A DNA stretch of 64,000 bases from an uncultured Planctomycetia bacterium. GTDB taxonomy: Bacteria; Omnitrophota; Gorgyraeia; Gorgyraeales; Gorgyraeaceae. The stretch is taken from NCBI GenBank assembly GCA_964415355.1, contig CAYPYS010000007.1:11208-75207 (forward strand), given 5' to 3'. Below, piece after piece: positions 37,565 to 46,900 of the stretch (positions are counted from its first letter, which is position 1; each line of letters starts with the position of its first letter). Under the pieces are notes generated by a model. The model searched no databases. It was not told the DNA's origin and saw only the letters and a program-made list of their open reading frames with translations. The translations under genes and the position numbers were made by a program.

Positions 37565-38578
37565 ATGATTATAGTATTGCGGCCGGATGCCAAGAAGAAA
37601 GAGATCGACCACATAATAGAAAAGGTCAAGAAACTTGGCCTGAAACCAATGGTTTCCAGAGGTGTCGAACGCACCATTATCGGTGTTATCGGAGAAGAAG
37701 ATATTCTGCGGGTACAGCCGCTCGAGGCATTTCCTGGCGTCGAGAAGGTAATGCCGATCCTGAAGCCCTATAAACTTGTATCGCGAGAGTTTAGACGCGA
37801 GAAGACTGTTGTAGATGCGGATGGCGTGAAGATAGGTGGCAAGAAGGTTGTCGTGATGGCAGGCCCTTGTTCCGTGGAAAGCCTTGATGGCCTTTTGGCT
37901 ATCGCGCAAAAAGTAAAAAATGCCGGAGCTGTTTTCCTAAGAGGAGGCGCTTTTAAACCAAGGACCTCACCTTACAGTTTTCAGGGGCTTGGAGAAAAAG
38001 GTCTTAAGTTTCTGAAAGAGGCCAAGGAAAAAACCGGGCTAAAGATCGTGACAGAAGTGATGGATACAAAAGATATAGAGTTAGTAGAAAAATATGCAGA
38101 CATATTACAGATCGGCGCAAGGAACATGCAGAATTTTAATCTACTGAAAGAAGTCGGTCTTTCCAAAAAACCAGTGCTTTTAAAGAGAGGTATATCAGCT
38201 ACAATAAAAGAATTTTTGATGTCGGCCGAATATATTCTTTCCAACGGAAATTTCAACTGCATACTCTGCGAGAGAGGCATAAGGACATTTGAAGACGCGA
38301 CAAGATTTACTTTGGATTTGAGCGCGGTCCCCATGATAAAGAAGCTGAGCCATTTGCCAGTGGTCGTTGACCCTAGTCATGGCACAGGAAAGTGGGATTT
38401 AATATCATCCATGTCAAAGGCAGCTATTGCTTGTGGCGCGGATGGTCTTATGATAGAGGTACATCCGAATCCCGAAGAGGCGTATTCTGACGGTGCACAA
38501 TCTTTGCTGCCCGCAAAATTCGGAAGCATAATGAAAGAATTAGGCCCTGTGGCAAAGGCAGTAGGGCGAGATATCTAA
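37565..38578 (+). CDS. 3-deoxy-7-phosphoheptulonate (DAHP) synthase, class I-beta with N-terminal regulatory domain
   Basis: [18 protein letters not shown] and [10 protein letters not shown]. About 90-aa N-terminal ferredoxin-like regulatory domain. Confidence 0.85.
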   Translation: MIIVLRPDAKKKEIDHIIEKVKKLGLKPMVSRGVERTIIGVIGEEDILRVQPLEAFPGVEKVMPILKPYKLVSREFRREKTVVDADGVKIGGKKVVVMAGPCSVESLDGLLAIAQKVKNAGAVFLRGGAFKPRTSPYSFQGLGEKGLKFLKEAKEKTGLKIVTEVMDTKDIELVEKYADILQIGARNMQNFNLLKEVGLSKKPVLLKRGISATIKEFLMSAEYILSNGNFNCILCERGIRTFEDATRFTLDLSAVPMIKKLSHLPVVVDPSHGTGKWDLISSMSKAAIACGADGLMIEVHPNPEEAYSDGAQSLLPAKFGSIMKELGPVAKAVGRDI

Positions 38579-38611
38579 CTTTACACTTTAACGTTGTTGA
38601 AATGTAAAGTT
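38577..38611. repeat. Intergenic palindromic repeat, subfamily A
   Basis: Starts on the AA of the TAA stop of the DAHP synthase gene. Confidence 0.85.
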
Positions 38612-38639
38612 AGGTGATTTTCGTATATTAAAAAAGAAT

Positions 38640-39485
38640 ATGTTTAGACGCGTAACGATAATAGGGCTTGGTCTTATAGGTGGATCATTAGCTTTCGCGA
38701 TAAAGAAAGAAGGTCTCGCGAAAGAAGTGGTGGGTGTTTCTAGAAGGCGTAGTACTATTCGAAGAGCCCTGGCGCGCAAAATAGTCGACAGCGCTACGCT
38801 GGATGTCAAAAAAGGGATAAAGGGCTCAGACCTTGTTATTTTGGCGACATCTGTCTTGAAGATCATAGATATTGCAAGAAAGATTTCACCATATCTCTCG
38901 AAGAGCGCCATTTTAATCGATGCTGGCAGCACAAAAAAAGAGATCGTGAATAAAATAGAAAAGATTTTGCCGCGAGGCGGCGTGAGTTTTATCGGAAGCC
39001 ATCCATTGGCAGGCTCTGAGAAGGCGGGCATTGAGCATATTAACAAAAGATTATTCAAAGGCGCGTATTGCATTTTGGCAAAAACAAAAAAGACCGACGC
39101 AAAGGCCTTGAATAAGGCAAAGAGATTCTGGAGGGCATTGGGCATGAAGGTCGAGGTTATGAGTCCCGAGAAACATGATAGGTTGCTTTCAAGGATAAGT
39201 CATCTTCCGCACGTTACAGCAACAGCTCTTATGAATGCGTGCGGCAAGAAGGAATTGCGCCTGGCTGCAGGAGGACTTAAGGATACGACAAGAATCGCCT
39301 CGAGCAAGCCTGGACTGTGGAAGGATATTTTTATTACCAATAGAAGCAACATAGCAAACGACATCGGTCTTTTAAAAAAAGAATTGTCCAAGATAGAAAG
39401 CGCATTGAAAAAGAAGGATACTGCTAGGCTTATGAGCTTGCTCAGAAAAGCCAAGTCTATCAGAGATATCATGCAATCTTCCTAA
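38640..39485 (+). CDS. tyrA: Prephenate dehydrogenase
   Basis: NAD-binding IIGLGLIGGSLA. GSHPLAGSEK. Confidence 0.85.
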   Translation: MFRRVTIIGLGLIGGSLAFAIKKEGLAKEVVGVSRRRSTIRRALARKIVDSATLDVKKGIKGSDLVILATSVLKIIDIARKISPYLSKSAILIDAGSTKKEIVNKIEKILPRGGVSFIGSHPLAGSEKAGIEHINKRLFKGAYCILAKTKKTDAKALNKAKRFWRALGMKVEVMSPEKHDRLLSRISHLPHVTATALMNACGKKELRLAAGGLKDTTRIASSKPGLWKDIFITNRSNIANDIGLLKKELSKIESALKKKDTARLMSLLRKAKSIRDIMQSS

Positions 39486-39518
39486 CTTTACACTTTAACG
39501 TTGTTGAAATGTAAAGTT
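39484..39518. repeat. Intergenic palindromic repeat, subfamily A
   Basis: Starts on the AA of the tyrA TAA stop. Confidence 0.85.
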
Positions 39519-39533
39519 AGCTGTTATTACGAT

Positions 39534-40151
39534 ATGTTTCACATTTTTGCGAGATTTATATTATTTCTGATCTTTAAAATATTTTTTAGGCTAAGGGTAT
39601 TTGGCAGGGAAAATTTTCCTGCAGAAGGACCTGTTATCGTGGCGCCTAACCACGTAAGTTTTTTAGACCCTGTGCTGGTGGGAGTAGCTGCTCCACCCAA
39701 GCTGAACTATCTGGCACGCGATACATTATTCAAGTCCAGATTTTTTGCCAGGATGCTGTATGCGGTGGATGTTTCGCCTATAAAGCGTGAAAGCGGAGAC
39801 ATAAACGCCTTTAAGACAGCATTGAGTAAATTATCCCAGCGCAAGCCGATCCTGATTTTTCCAGAAGGCACGCGTTCGATAGACGGGAATCTGCAGGAAC
39901 CGAAGACAGGAATAGGATTTTTGCAAATTGCCTCAGGTGCAAGCATCCTGCCGTGTTATGTAAAAGGTTCGGTAGAGGCGTGGCCCAGGCATTCGAAATT
40001 TCCCAGGGTCAGTCCTGTTTCCGTGTATTTCGGAAGACCTTTAAAATTTGAGAAAATACCAGGCAATAAAAAAGAACGCTACGCCTACATTGCCAAACAG
40101 ACGATAGCGGCGATAGCTAAGCTGCAAGAGGATTCTGAAAAGATAGGCTAG
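39534..40151 (+). CDS. plsC: 1-acyl-sn-glycerol-3-phosphate acyltransferase
   Basis: NHVSFLDP (HX4D) and FPEGTRS motifs. The ORF track's MLKCKV start at 39501 is a repeat artefact. Confidence 0.82.
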   Translation: MFHIFARFILFLIFKIFFRLRVFGRENFPAEGPVIVAPNHVSFLDPVLVGVAAPPKLNYLARDTLFKSRFFARMLYAVDVSPIKRESGDINAFKTALSKLSQRKPILIFPEGTRSIDGNLQEPKTGIGFLQIASGASILPCYVKGSVEAWPRHSKFPRVSPVSVYFGRPLKFEKIPGNKKERYAYIAKQTIAAIAKLQEDSEKIG

Positions 40152-40157
40152 TCGGCT

Positions 40158-40192
40158 AACTTTACACTTTAACGTTGTTGAAATGTAAAGTT
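40158..40192. repeat. Intergenic palindromic repeat, subfamily A
   Basis: 6 nt after the plsC TAG stop. Ends 9 nt before the ispH ATG. Confidence 0.85.
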
Positions 40193-40201
40193 AGGATTGA
40201 T

Positions 40202-41011
40202 ATGCAGGTAAAAATAGCGACACATTCTGGTTTTTGTTTTGGCGTGAAGCGTGCGATAAATATAGCCGAAAAAACCCTTAAGTCTGAGAAGGGCAAGAGT
40301 AAGATTTATTCGCTCGGTCATATTATACATAATCCTCAAGTTGTCGAGGCTCTTTTAAAAAAAGGACTAAACGTCGTAACGAGCGTAGGCGATATAAATA
40401 AGGGCACGGTAATCATATCTTCGCATGGCGCTCCGAAAGAAGTAATCGAGAAGATAAAAAAGAAAAAGATAAAACTCGTTGATGCGACTTGTCCGTTCGT
40501 GAAAAATGCACAGGACATAGTAAAAAATCTTGTGAAAGAAGGTTACGCAGTTGCTATAGTAGGAGACAAGGAGCACCCTGAGGTCAAGGCGTTGCTAAGT
40601 CTTGCCGGAAAGGCGAAGAAGGGCAGTAAGATCGGGATCATTTCCCAGACGACCCAGAGCAAGGATAATTACTCTAAGGGGATTTTGGATATATTAAAGA
40701 GAGATTTTAGCGAAGTGAGGATCTTTAATACGATTTGCAACGACACCTCGCGCAGGCAGGAATTAGCTCGCAGGCTTCTGAAAGAGTGCGACGCTATGGT
40801 AATAGTTGGCGGGAAGAACAGCGCCAACACAAGACGTTTATGGCAGATCTGCAAGGAAAGCGGGGTGGATAGTTATCACATTGAAACCGATGCTGAACTA
40901 AAGGTAAAAGACTTTAAAGGTAAAAAATGTGTGGGAGTCGTGAGCGGCGCTTCGACTCCTGATTCGATAGTGGCAAAGGTATCTAAAAAAATAGAAAAAT
41001 TATCTATTTAA
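40202..41011 (+). CDS. ispH: 4-hydroxy-3-methylbut-2-enyl diphosphate reductase
   Basis: Conserved cluster cysteines (GFCFGV, ATCPFV, NTICNDT). HNPQV. It lies upstream of rpsA, a known conserved ispH-rpsA linkage. Confidence 0.9.
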   Translation: MQVKIATHSGFCFGVKRAINIAEKTLKSEKGKSKIYSLGHIIHNPQVVEALLKKGLNVVTSVGDINKGTVIISSHGAPKEVIEKIKKKKIKLVDATCPFVKNAQDIVKNLVKEGYAVAIVGDKEHPEVKALLSLAGKAKKGSKIGIISQTTQSKDNYSKGILDILKRDFSEVRIFNTICNDTSRRQELARRLLKECDAMVIVGGKNSANTRRLWQICKESGVDSYHIETDAELKVKDFKGKKCVGVVSGASTPDSIVAKVSKKIEKLSI

Positions 41012-41045
41012 ATCAAAAAATCAATTCGAAAGGGGAAAAGAAGTC

Positions 41046-42641
41046 ATGATTAAAGAACAGAAAAAGGAAGAGGTAAAGACGCAGGAGACGTTTGATCTTG
41101 CGTCGGCTTATGAAAAGACTTTTCGCAGCTTGAACGAGGGCGACATAGTCAAGGCAAAGGTTATTGCGATAGGGAAGAAGGATGTCTATGTCGATTTCGG
41201 TTATAAATCCGAGGGTATTATACCGCTCATAGAATTTAAAAATGCGTCCATAGAGGCTAATGTGGGCGATGAGCTTGAAGTCTTCGTGGAGTCTAAGGAA
41301 AACGAGGATGGGTTGATTGTCTGCTCAAAGAAAAGGGCGGAAAAGGCACAGGGTTGGGACAAGATCGTCAACCAATACAAAGAAGGCGATTTCATAGAAG
41401 GTAAGGTCACGCGAAAGGTCAAAGGCGGACTGATGGTAAATGTTGGGATAGAGGCCTTTTTGCCGGCATCCCTGGTCGCCCTTAAAGGTTTTGGCAATGT
41501 CAATCAGGTAATAGGCCAGAACCTGAAATTTAAGATAGTGAAGATGAACAGATCCAGGAAAAACATCGTGGTGTCGAGAAAAGATGCCATAATCAAAGAG
41601 AGGGACGAGGTTAAGAACAAGTTGATAGGTGAGCTCAAAGTCGGAGAGATGAGAAAAGGTCTTGTTAAGAACATAACAGATTTCGGCGCATTCATCGATC
41701 TCGGCGGCGTGGACGGACTTCTGCATATCACTGACATGAGCTGGGGAAGGGTCTCGCATCCCAGTGAGGTGCTTGCGATCGGAGACACCATAGAGGTGAT
41801 GGTGCTTAGTTTTGATAAAGAGAGCATGAAGGTTTCGTTGGGTCTGAAGCAGAAGACAGAGAGTCCGTGGAAAGACGTGGATAGTAAATACGCCATTGGC
41901 TCAAAGATCAAAGGCAAGGTCGTGAACATCGTCCCTTACGGAGCGTTTGTGGAGCTCGAGAAAGGCGTCGAAGGCCTGGTGCATGTTTCAGAGTTGTCCT
42001 GGACCACGAGAATAAATAATCCTGCGGATGTCCTTGCAATAGGAGATGTCGTAGAAGCAATAGTTTTGAGCGTGGATAAGAATAGCCAGAAGATCTCTCT
42101 CGGAGTAAAGCAGATAGAGCCGAATCCGTGGATGGAGATCAAGGAGAAGTTCACTCCTGGCACAAAGGTCGAGGGGAAGATCAGGAACCTGACTGACTTT
42201 GGCGCGTTTGTGGAGCTCGAAGGCCGCATAGAAGGCTTTGTCCATGTAAGTGACATGTCGTGGACAAAAAAAATAAATAACCCGAAGGAATTTTTGAAAA
42301 AAGGGCAGAAGATAGATGTTATGATACTTACAGTCGACCCTGATAATCAAAAGATCTCTTTAGGAATAAAGCAGGTTGCGACTGATCCGTGGCCCGAGAT
42401 CATGAAGAAATATTGTCTTGGCACGACTGTCGAAGGCGCTATTACAAAGATCACGAGTTTTGGTTTGTTTGTCGAGATAGATAAGGACCTTGAGGCGCTG
42501 GTTCATATTTCTGAGCTGGAACTCGCGCCTGATCAGAAGCTGGAAGAGGCCTATAAGGTAGGAGACAAGGTCGAGGCTGTTGTAATTAAGATAGACGACG
42601 TAGAGCGCAAGATAGGCCTTAGCATCAAGAAGAAAGAATAA
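41046..42641 (+). CDS. rpsA: 30S ribosomal protein S1
   Basis: Six S1 domains with repeated GxV..I.DFGAFV.L..G..GL.H.S motifs. Confidence 0.92.
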   Translation: MIKEQKKEEVKTQETFDLASAYEKTFRSLNEGDIVKAKVIAIGKKDVYVDFGYKSEGIIPLIEFKNASIEANVGDELEVFVESKENEDGLIVCSKKRAEKAQGWDKIVNQYKEGDFIEGKVTRKVKGGLMVNVGIEAFLPASLVALKGFGNVNQVIGQNLKFKIVKMNRSRKNIVVSRKDAIIKERDEVKNKLIGELKVGEMRKGLVKNITDFGAFIDLGGVDGLLHITDMSWGRVSHPSEVLAIGDTIEVMVLSFDKESMKVSLGLKQKTESPWKDVDSKYAIGSKIKGKVVNIVPYGAFVELEKGVEGLVHVSELSWTTRINNPADVLAIGDVVEAIVLSVDKNSQKISLGVKQIEPNPWMEIKEKFTPGTKVEGKIRNLTDFGAFVELEGRIEGFVHVSDMSWTKKINNPKEFLKKGQKIDVMILTVDPDNQKISLGIKQVATDPWPEIMKKYCLGTTVEGAITKITSFGLFVEIDKDLEALVHISELELAPDQKLEEAYKVGDKVEAVVIKIDDVERKIGLSIKKKE

Positions 42642-42674
42642 CTTTACACTTTAACGTTGTTGAAATGTAAAGTT
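42640..42674. repeat. Intergenic palindromic repeat, subfamily A
   Basis: Starts on the AA of the rpsA TAA stop. Confidence 0.85.
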
Positions 42675-42686
42675 AGGGCGGGTGAT

Positions 42687-43853
42687 ATGGATATTCAAAA
42701 GCAGTTGGAGATCATAAGGCGTGGTGCAGTAGAGATAATCTCTGAGAAGGAGCTTGCCTCAAAGCTGGAAAGGCAAAAACCCCTTATTGTAAAGGCAGGA
42801 TTTGACCCGAGCGCGCCTGACATACACCTGGGCCACACCGTGCTTTTGCGCAAGCTTAGGCATCTTCAGGACCTCGGTCATAAGGTAGTTTTCCTTATAG
42901 GAGATTTTACAGGCATGATAGGAGATCCTACCGGACGCAGCGAGGTCAGGAAGAGATTGACGCAGAAAGAAGTCAAGGAGAACGCAAAGACCTATAAAAA
43001 GCAGGTTTTTAAAATATTGGACGAGAGAAAGACACAGGTGGTATTCAATAGCAAATGGCTCAGCTCAATGAAGCTGAGTGACTCTTTGGAATTGACCTCG
43101 CACAGCACTGTGTCGCAGCTGCTCGCGAGAGCGGATTTTAATGAAAGATATAAGTCAGGCAAGGACATAAGTCTTCTGGAATTCATGTACCCGCTTCTCC
43201 AGGCATATGATTCTGTGCATCTTAAAGCTGACGTCGAGTTGGGCGGCACTGACCAGAAATTCAATCTGCTTTTAGGCCGCGAGATCCAGAAGGATTACGG
43301 CCAGGAGCCTCAGGCTATTATCATGATGCCGCTTTTGGTCGGGCTTGACGGCACGCAGAAAATGAGCAAGTCTTTCGGGAACCATATAGGCATAGAAGAA
43401 GCTCCGGAGCAGGTATTTGGCAAGATCATGTCTCTCTCAGATGAACTTATGACGCAGTATTACGAGCTATTGACAGACGAGGATCTGGATGGAGTGCGAA
43501 AGCTGCATCCGATGAAGGCAAAGAAGAACCTAGCGCAGAAGATAGTAGGGCAGTATCACGGTGATAAGACAGCATCTCTGGCGCGCAGAGACTTCGAAAA
43601 CAAATTCCAAAAAAAAGACCCCTTTACAGAGCTGGAACCGCAGACAAAACCATACCATAAGACGCTGGCAGATTTTCTAGTAGCAGATAAGATATGTGTC
43701 AGTAAAAGCGAATACAGACGCTTAATGGAGCAGGGGGCAATAGAGGTAAACGGTAGCCGCATCAAAACACCGGATTTCGTATTAGAGCCCTCCAAAGAAT
43801 ATCGCATAAAAGTAGGCAAAAAACGCTTCCTAAAGGTCACCTTTCTCCGTTAA
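42687..43853 (+). CDS. tyrS: Tyrosyl-tRNA synthetase
   Basis: Class I HIGH as HLGH, KMSKS as KMSKS, and a C-terminal S4 domain. The ORF track's MLKCKV start at 42657 is a repeat artefact. Confidence 0.9.
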   Translation: MDIQKQLEIIRRGAVEIISEKELASKLERQKPLIVKAGFDPSAPDIHLGHTVLLRKLRHLQDLGHKVVFLIGDFTGMIGDPTGRSEVRKRLTQKEVKENAKTYKKQVFKILDERKTQVVFNSKWLSSMKLSDSLELTSHSTVSQLLARADFNERYKSGKDISLLEFMYPLLQAYDSVHLKADVELGGTDQKFNLLLGREIQKDYGQEPQAIIMMPLLVGLDGTQKMSKSFGNHIGIEEAPEQVFGKIMSLSDELMTQYYELLTDEDLDGVRKLHPMKAKKNLAQKIVGQYHGDKTASLARRDFENKFQKKDPFTELEPQTKPYHKTLADFLVADKICVSKSEYRRLMEQGAIEVNGSRIKTPDFVLEPSKEYRIKVGKKRFLKVTFLR

Positions 43854-43886
43854 CTTTACACTTTAACGTTGTTAAAATGTAAAGTT
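43852..43886. repeat. Intergenic palindromic repeat, subfamily A
   Basis: Starts on the AA of the tyrS TAA stop. Lies 10 nt upstream of the consensus promoter of giant ORF 1. Confidence 0.85.
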
Positions 43887-43895
43887 AAATCAGGG

Positions 43896-43924
43896 TTGAC
43901 AAGAAAGCGTTTTCGCGGTATAAT
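43896..43924 (+). promoter_or_regulatory. Perfect-consensus sigma70 promoter upstream of giant ORF 1
   Basis: TTGACA (43896-43901), 17-nt spacer, TATAAT (43919-43924). About 55 nt of AT-rich leader precedes the RBS and ATG 43981. Confidence 0.65.
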
Positions 43925-43980
43925 TTATATATTATGTAGTAGTTTATAAATATATTTATAAAGAGTTGAAAGGGGGATCT

Positions 43981-46900
43981 ATGTATCGCAGGCGCATCAA
44001 CAGGATCACATCCATCGTAACTCTTCTGACGTTTCTTTCCACCAGCACCCTTTACGCAGCACCATCCAGCCGTTCATTCTTCAAAAATAAAAAAGTAGAT
44101 CACAAGAAACTAAGTGACCAGAACGAAGACTTTATAGAGAAAAAAGGCTCTGTCCTTGATATTAAAAATGGCGCAAAGCCCCAGGCGCGCAGGAAAGAGG
44201 CAAGGGCCCTCCTTTCTTCCCATCTAAAGGATTTATCGCAGATACATATACCTTCTGAACTGGGAAGGATAATAGAGGTGTATGAAGGGGAAAAGGATAA
44301 ACGACAAGGAACAAGGCCTTTGATCGTTCATATCCAGGACCTCCACACAAATCCAGAGGCAGAACTTAACCTTGCCAAGATCCTCGAAATACTTATAAAA
44401 GACTATAGCATGAATCTGGTCTGCTCAGAAGGCGCAGACGGAGAGGTGGATACTTCTTCTGTCTCAAGCTTTCCGGATTACTCTGTGAGAGAAAAAGTAG
44501 CCAGGCTCTTCATAGATTCAGGAGAATTGACAGGAGAGGAGTATTTATCGATAACAAAATATCCTGATCTAGCCATATGGGGCATAGAGGATAGAGATAT
44601 ATACTTTAAAAACATAATAGAGTTCAATAAGATTATAAAATTCTCTCCCCAAAGCCACGTATTTATATCCCAGGCCAAAAAGGCCCTGGAGCAACTTAAG
44701 CCCAAGATATGCTCAAGGGAACTAAAAGACCTGGACCAGAAAGAAGCCTCCTATGATAACCAGGAGATAGAGGTAGCCCAGTATCTTAATTACCTCGCTG
44801 ATTATGTTGAGGCACTCGGAATCAATACAAAAGACTATAGAAATGTGAATCTATTGGCTGAATCCATAGACCAGGAAAAGACTATAAATCAACAAAAGAT
44901 AATGGATGAGTCGCAAAGTCTTTTGTTGAACCTTCAGGTCTCTCTTTCTAATAAAAGGATAAAAAAAGAGCAGGATGAACTTATGGCGCGCGCAGAGCTT
45001 TTCAGGGACCAGAAGATCTCACCCTTTTCATTCTATAGCTACTTAAAAGCCTTGGCTCTCAGGCACCTGAAAGAAGGTCTTTCAAAATACCCTGATCTTG
45101 ATCGCTACATCACCTATCTCACGAATGTAAACTCTTTAGACCAGGTGAAACTCTTCAATGAACTAAAAGATCTCGCATACGATATAAAACAGGCCCTCGC
45201 AAGGACGCCTGAACAAAAAAGATTTGTAAAGGCCCTCAGGAACATAAACTTTTTAGAATCTTTCTTTAACCTCAAGGTCTCAAACGAAGAATTAGACTAT
45301 TACCTGGCCAATAGAGACTCCCACAAGGTAGGATTCTTTCAGGATTTTCTGAAACCCACCCTGAAAAAATACAGACTATCGAGTTTCATAGATTATAATA
45401 CAGACCTTATAGACTCAAAGCTTCCTATCCTCGAAGACTTCTACAAGACTGTCAAAGACCGCGACGTAGCAATGGTCAAAAACTCCCTCTCTGAGATCGA
45501 AAACCGCAATTCAAAAGTCTCTGCCCTGATCGCAGGCGGTTTTCATACAAAGGGCATAACAACTTTACTAAGAGACAAAAACTATTCCTATATAGTAGTA
45601 TCCCCATACTCATCCACTGACATAGACGAGGAGAATTATCATTTTCTATTATCAGGTAAACGCAAGCCGCTGACAGAGCTATTGAATAAGCTTGATGCGT
45701 CAGAAATCGTAGACGGGCTTTCCTCAAGCTTAAGGGTAACGGTGGGTTTTGATCTTGATATGCACGATGGCTTAAGAGAAAAGGTTGCCCCTGTGCTCGC
45801 AGAAGAATTAGGCGTATCAGTGGAAGAGGTAACCCCGGAAAATATTCTTGGGAGAATAGTTCCGGTTCTTCTATTGCACAGAGAGGCCTCGAGCTGGTTT
45901 AGTAATTTTGACAAGATTATCGGCGTAGAGATAAAGCGGACTGCCAAGGGACTTGTAATGAAGATATCCCCTAAAGGTAGAGGGACAAAAGCAAGATATA
46001 TTATGGCCACAAGAGATAGCGGGTTTACTCTTGCGACAGCACGTGACTTCAATGCTGCAGGCGCGACAGTAATAGCTGTTGCTCCCGAGAAGAGCCCTCT
46101 GGCAGATACAGAGGATGATTCTTCACTTACCTATGCCGGAGGAGAGCAAGCTAGAAACGTAACTACTTATAATGACCTATCAGCGCAGGGCATCAGGGAT
46201 TCACTGGCGACACTTTCTCGCGACGGCGCTATTTTAGTCCTGGCTGACGGCACAAAGTGGACTGTGAGTGAATGGGATAGCCAGAGCAAGACCGCAGCGC
46301 TTACTGGTCTAGGAGATGCAAAAGGAGAAACGCAATACATATCAGTGCTGGATGACGGCCTGGTTGTCATAAGTGCTACTCCTCTTATTCGCGACTATAC
46401 AGTCGTGGCCATTGCATCGGATGCTTCTGTTTCTGTCAAGATAAAGGCATTGGCAGAGGATATTTTTACGAGTCCTGACAGGGCGCTTGCGACAGCCGCG
46501 CTTCAATATGGCCTGACCCGCGGATTCCAGCCGCTTATCAATTACATATCAGCGCTTCTTGAGAGAGAAGGCGTAAAGGCCCATCCTGAGACAGAGGTCG
46601 TAATGCTGGATGATGTCTTTGAAGGAGAAGATATTTTAGCAAGACTCCTCATAGAAGAAGGCGATATAGTTGTTTACAATAGCGGAAACCTGTCCGAGCA
46701 GGACAAAAGGATTTATACCAATCGTGGCGCAGAGTTAATAGAGATGGACCTCTCGACACCCGTTGGGATGCACAAGTTGTCCGGGCGTCTCGAGAACGGT
46801 AGTATAGACGCGGACCGCGTTAAATTTATTCAGGTTTTGTCCGAGAGAAAACTAGGGACAGAAACTATGTCGCAGTCTGCAAGAGTCGCGCTTTTAGCAC

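Noticed and set aside
43981-44064. Tat signal peptide on giant ORF 1 (RRR before the hydrophobic stretch)
   Set aside because: The twin-arginine is not conserved in the paralogous leader of giant ORF 2 (IRKITSIV), and the flanking positive charges make the topology ambiguous. It was left as a signal-anchor or signal-peptide of uncertain type.
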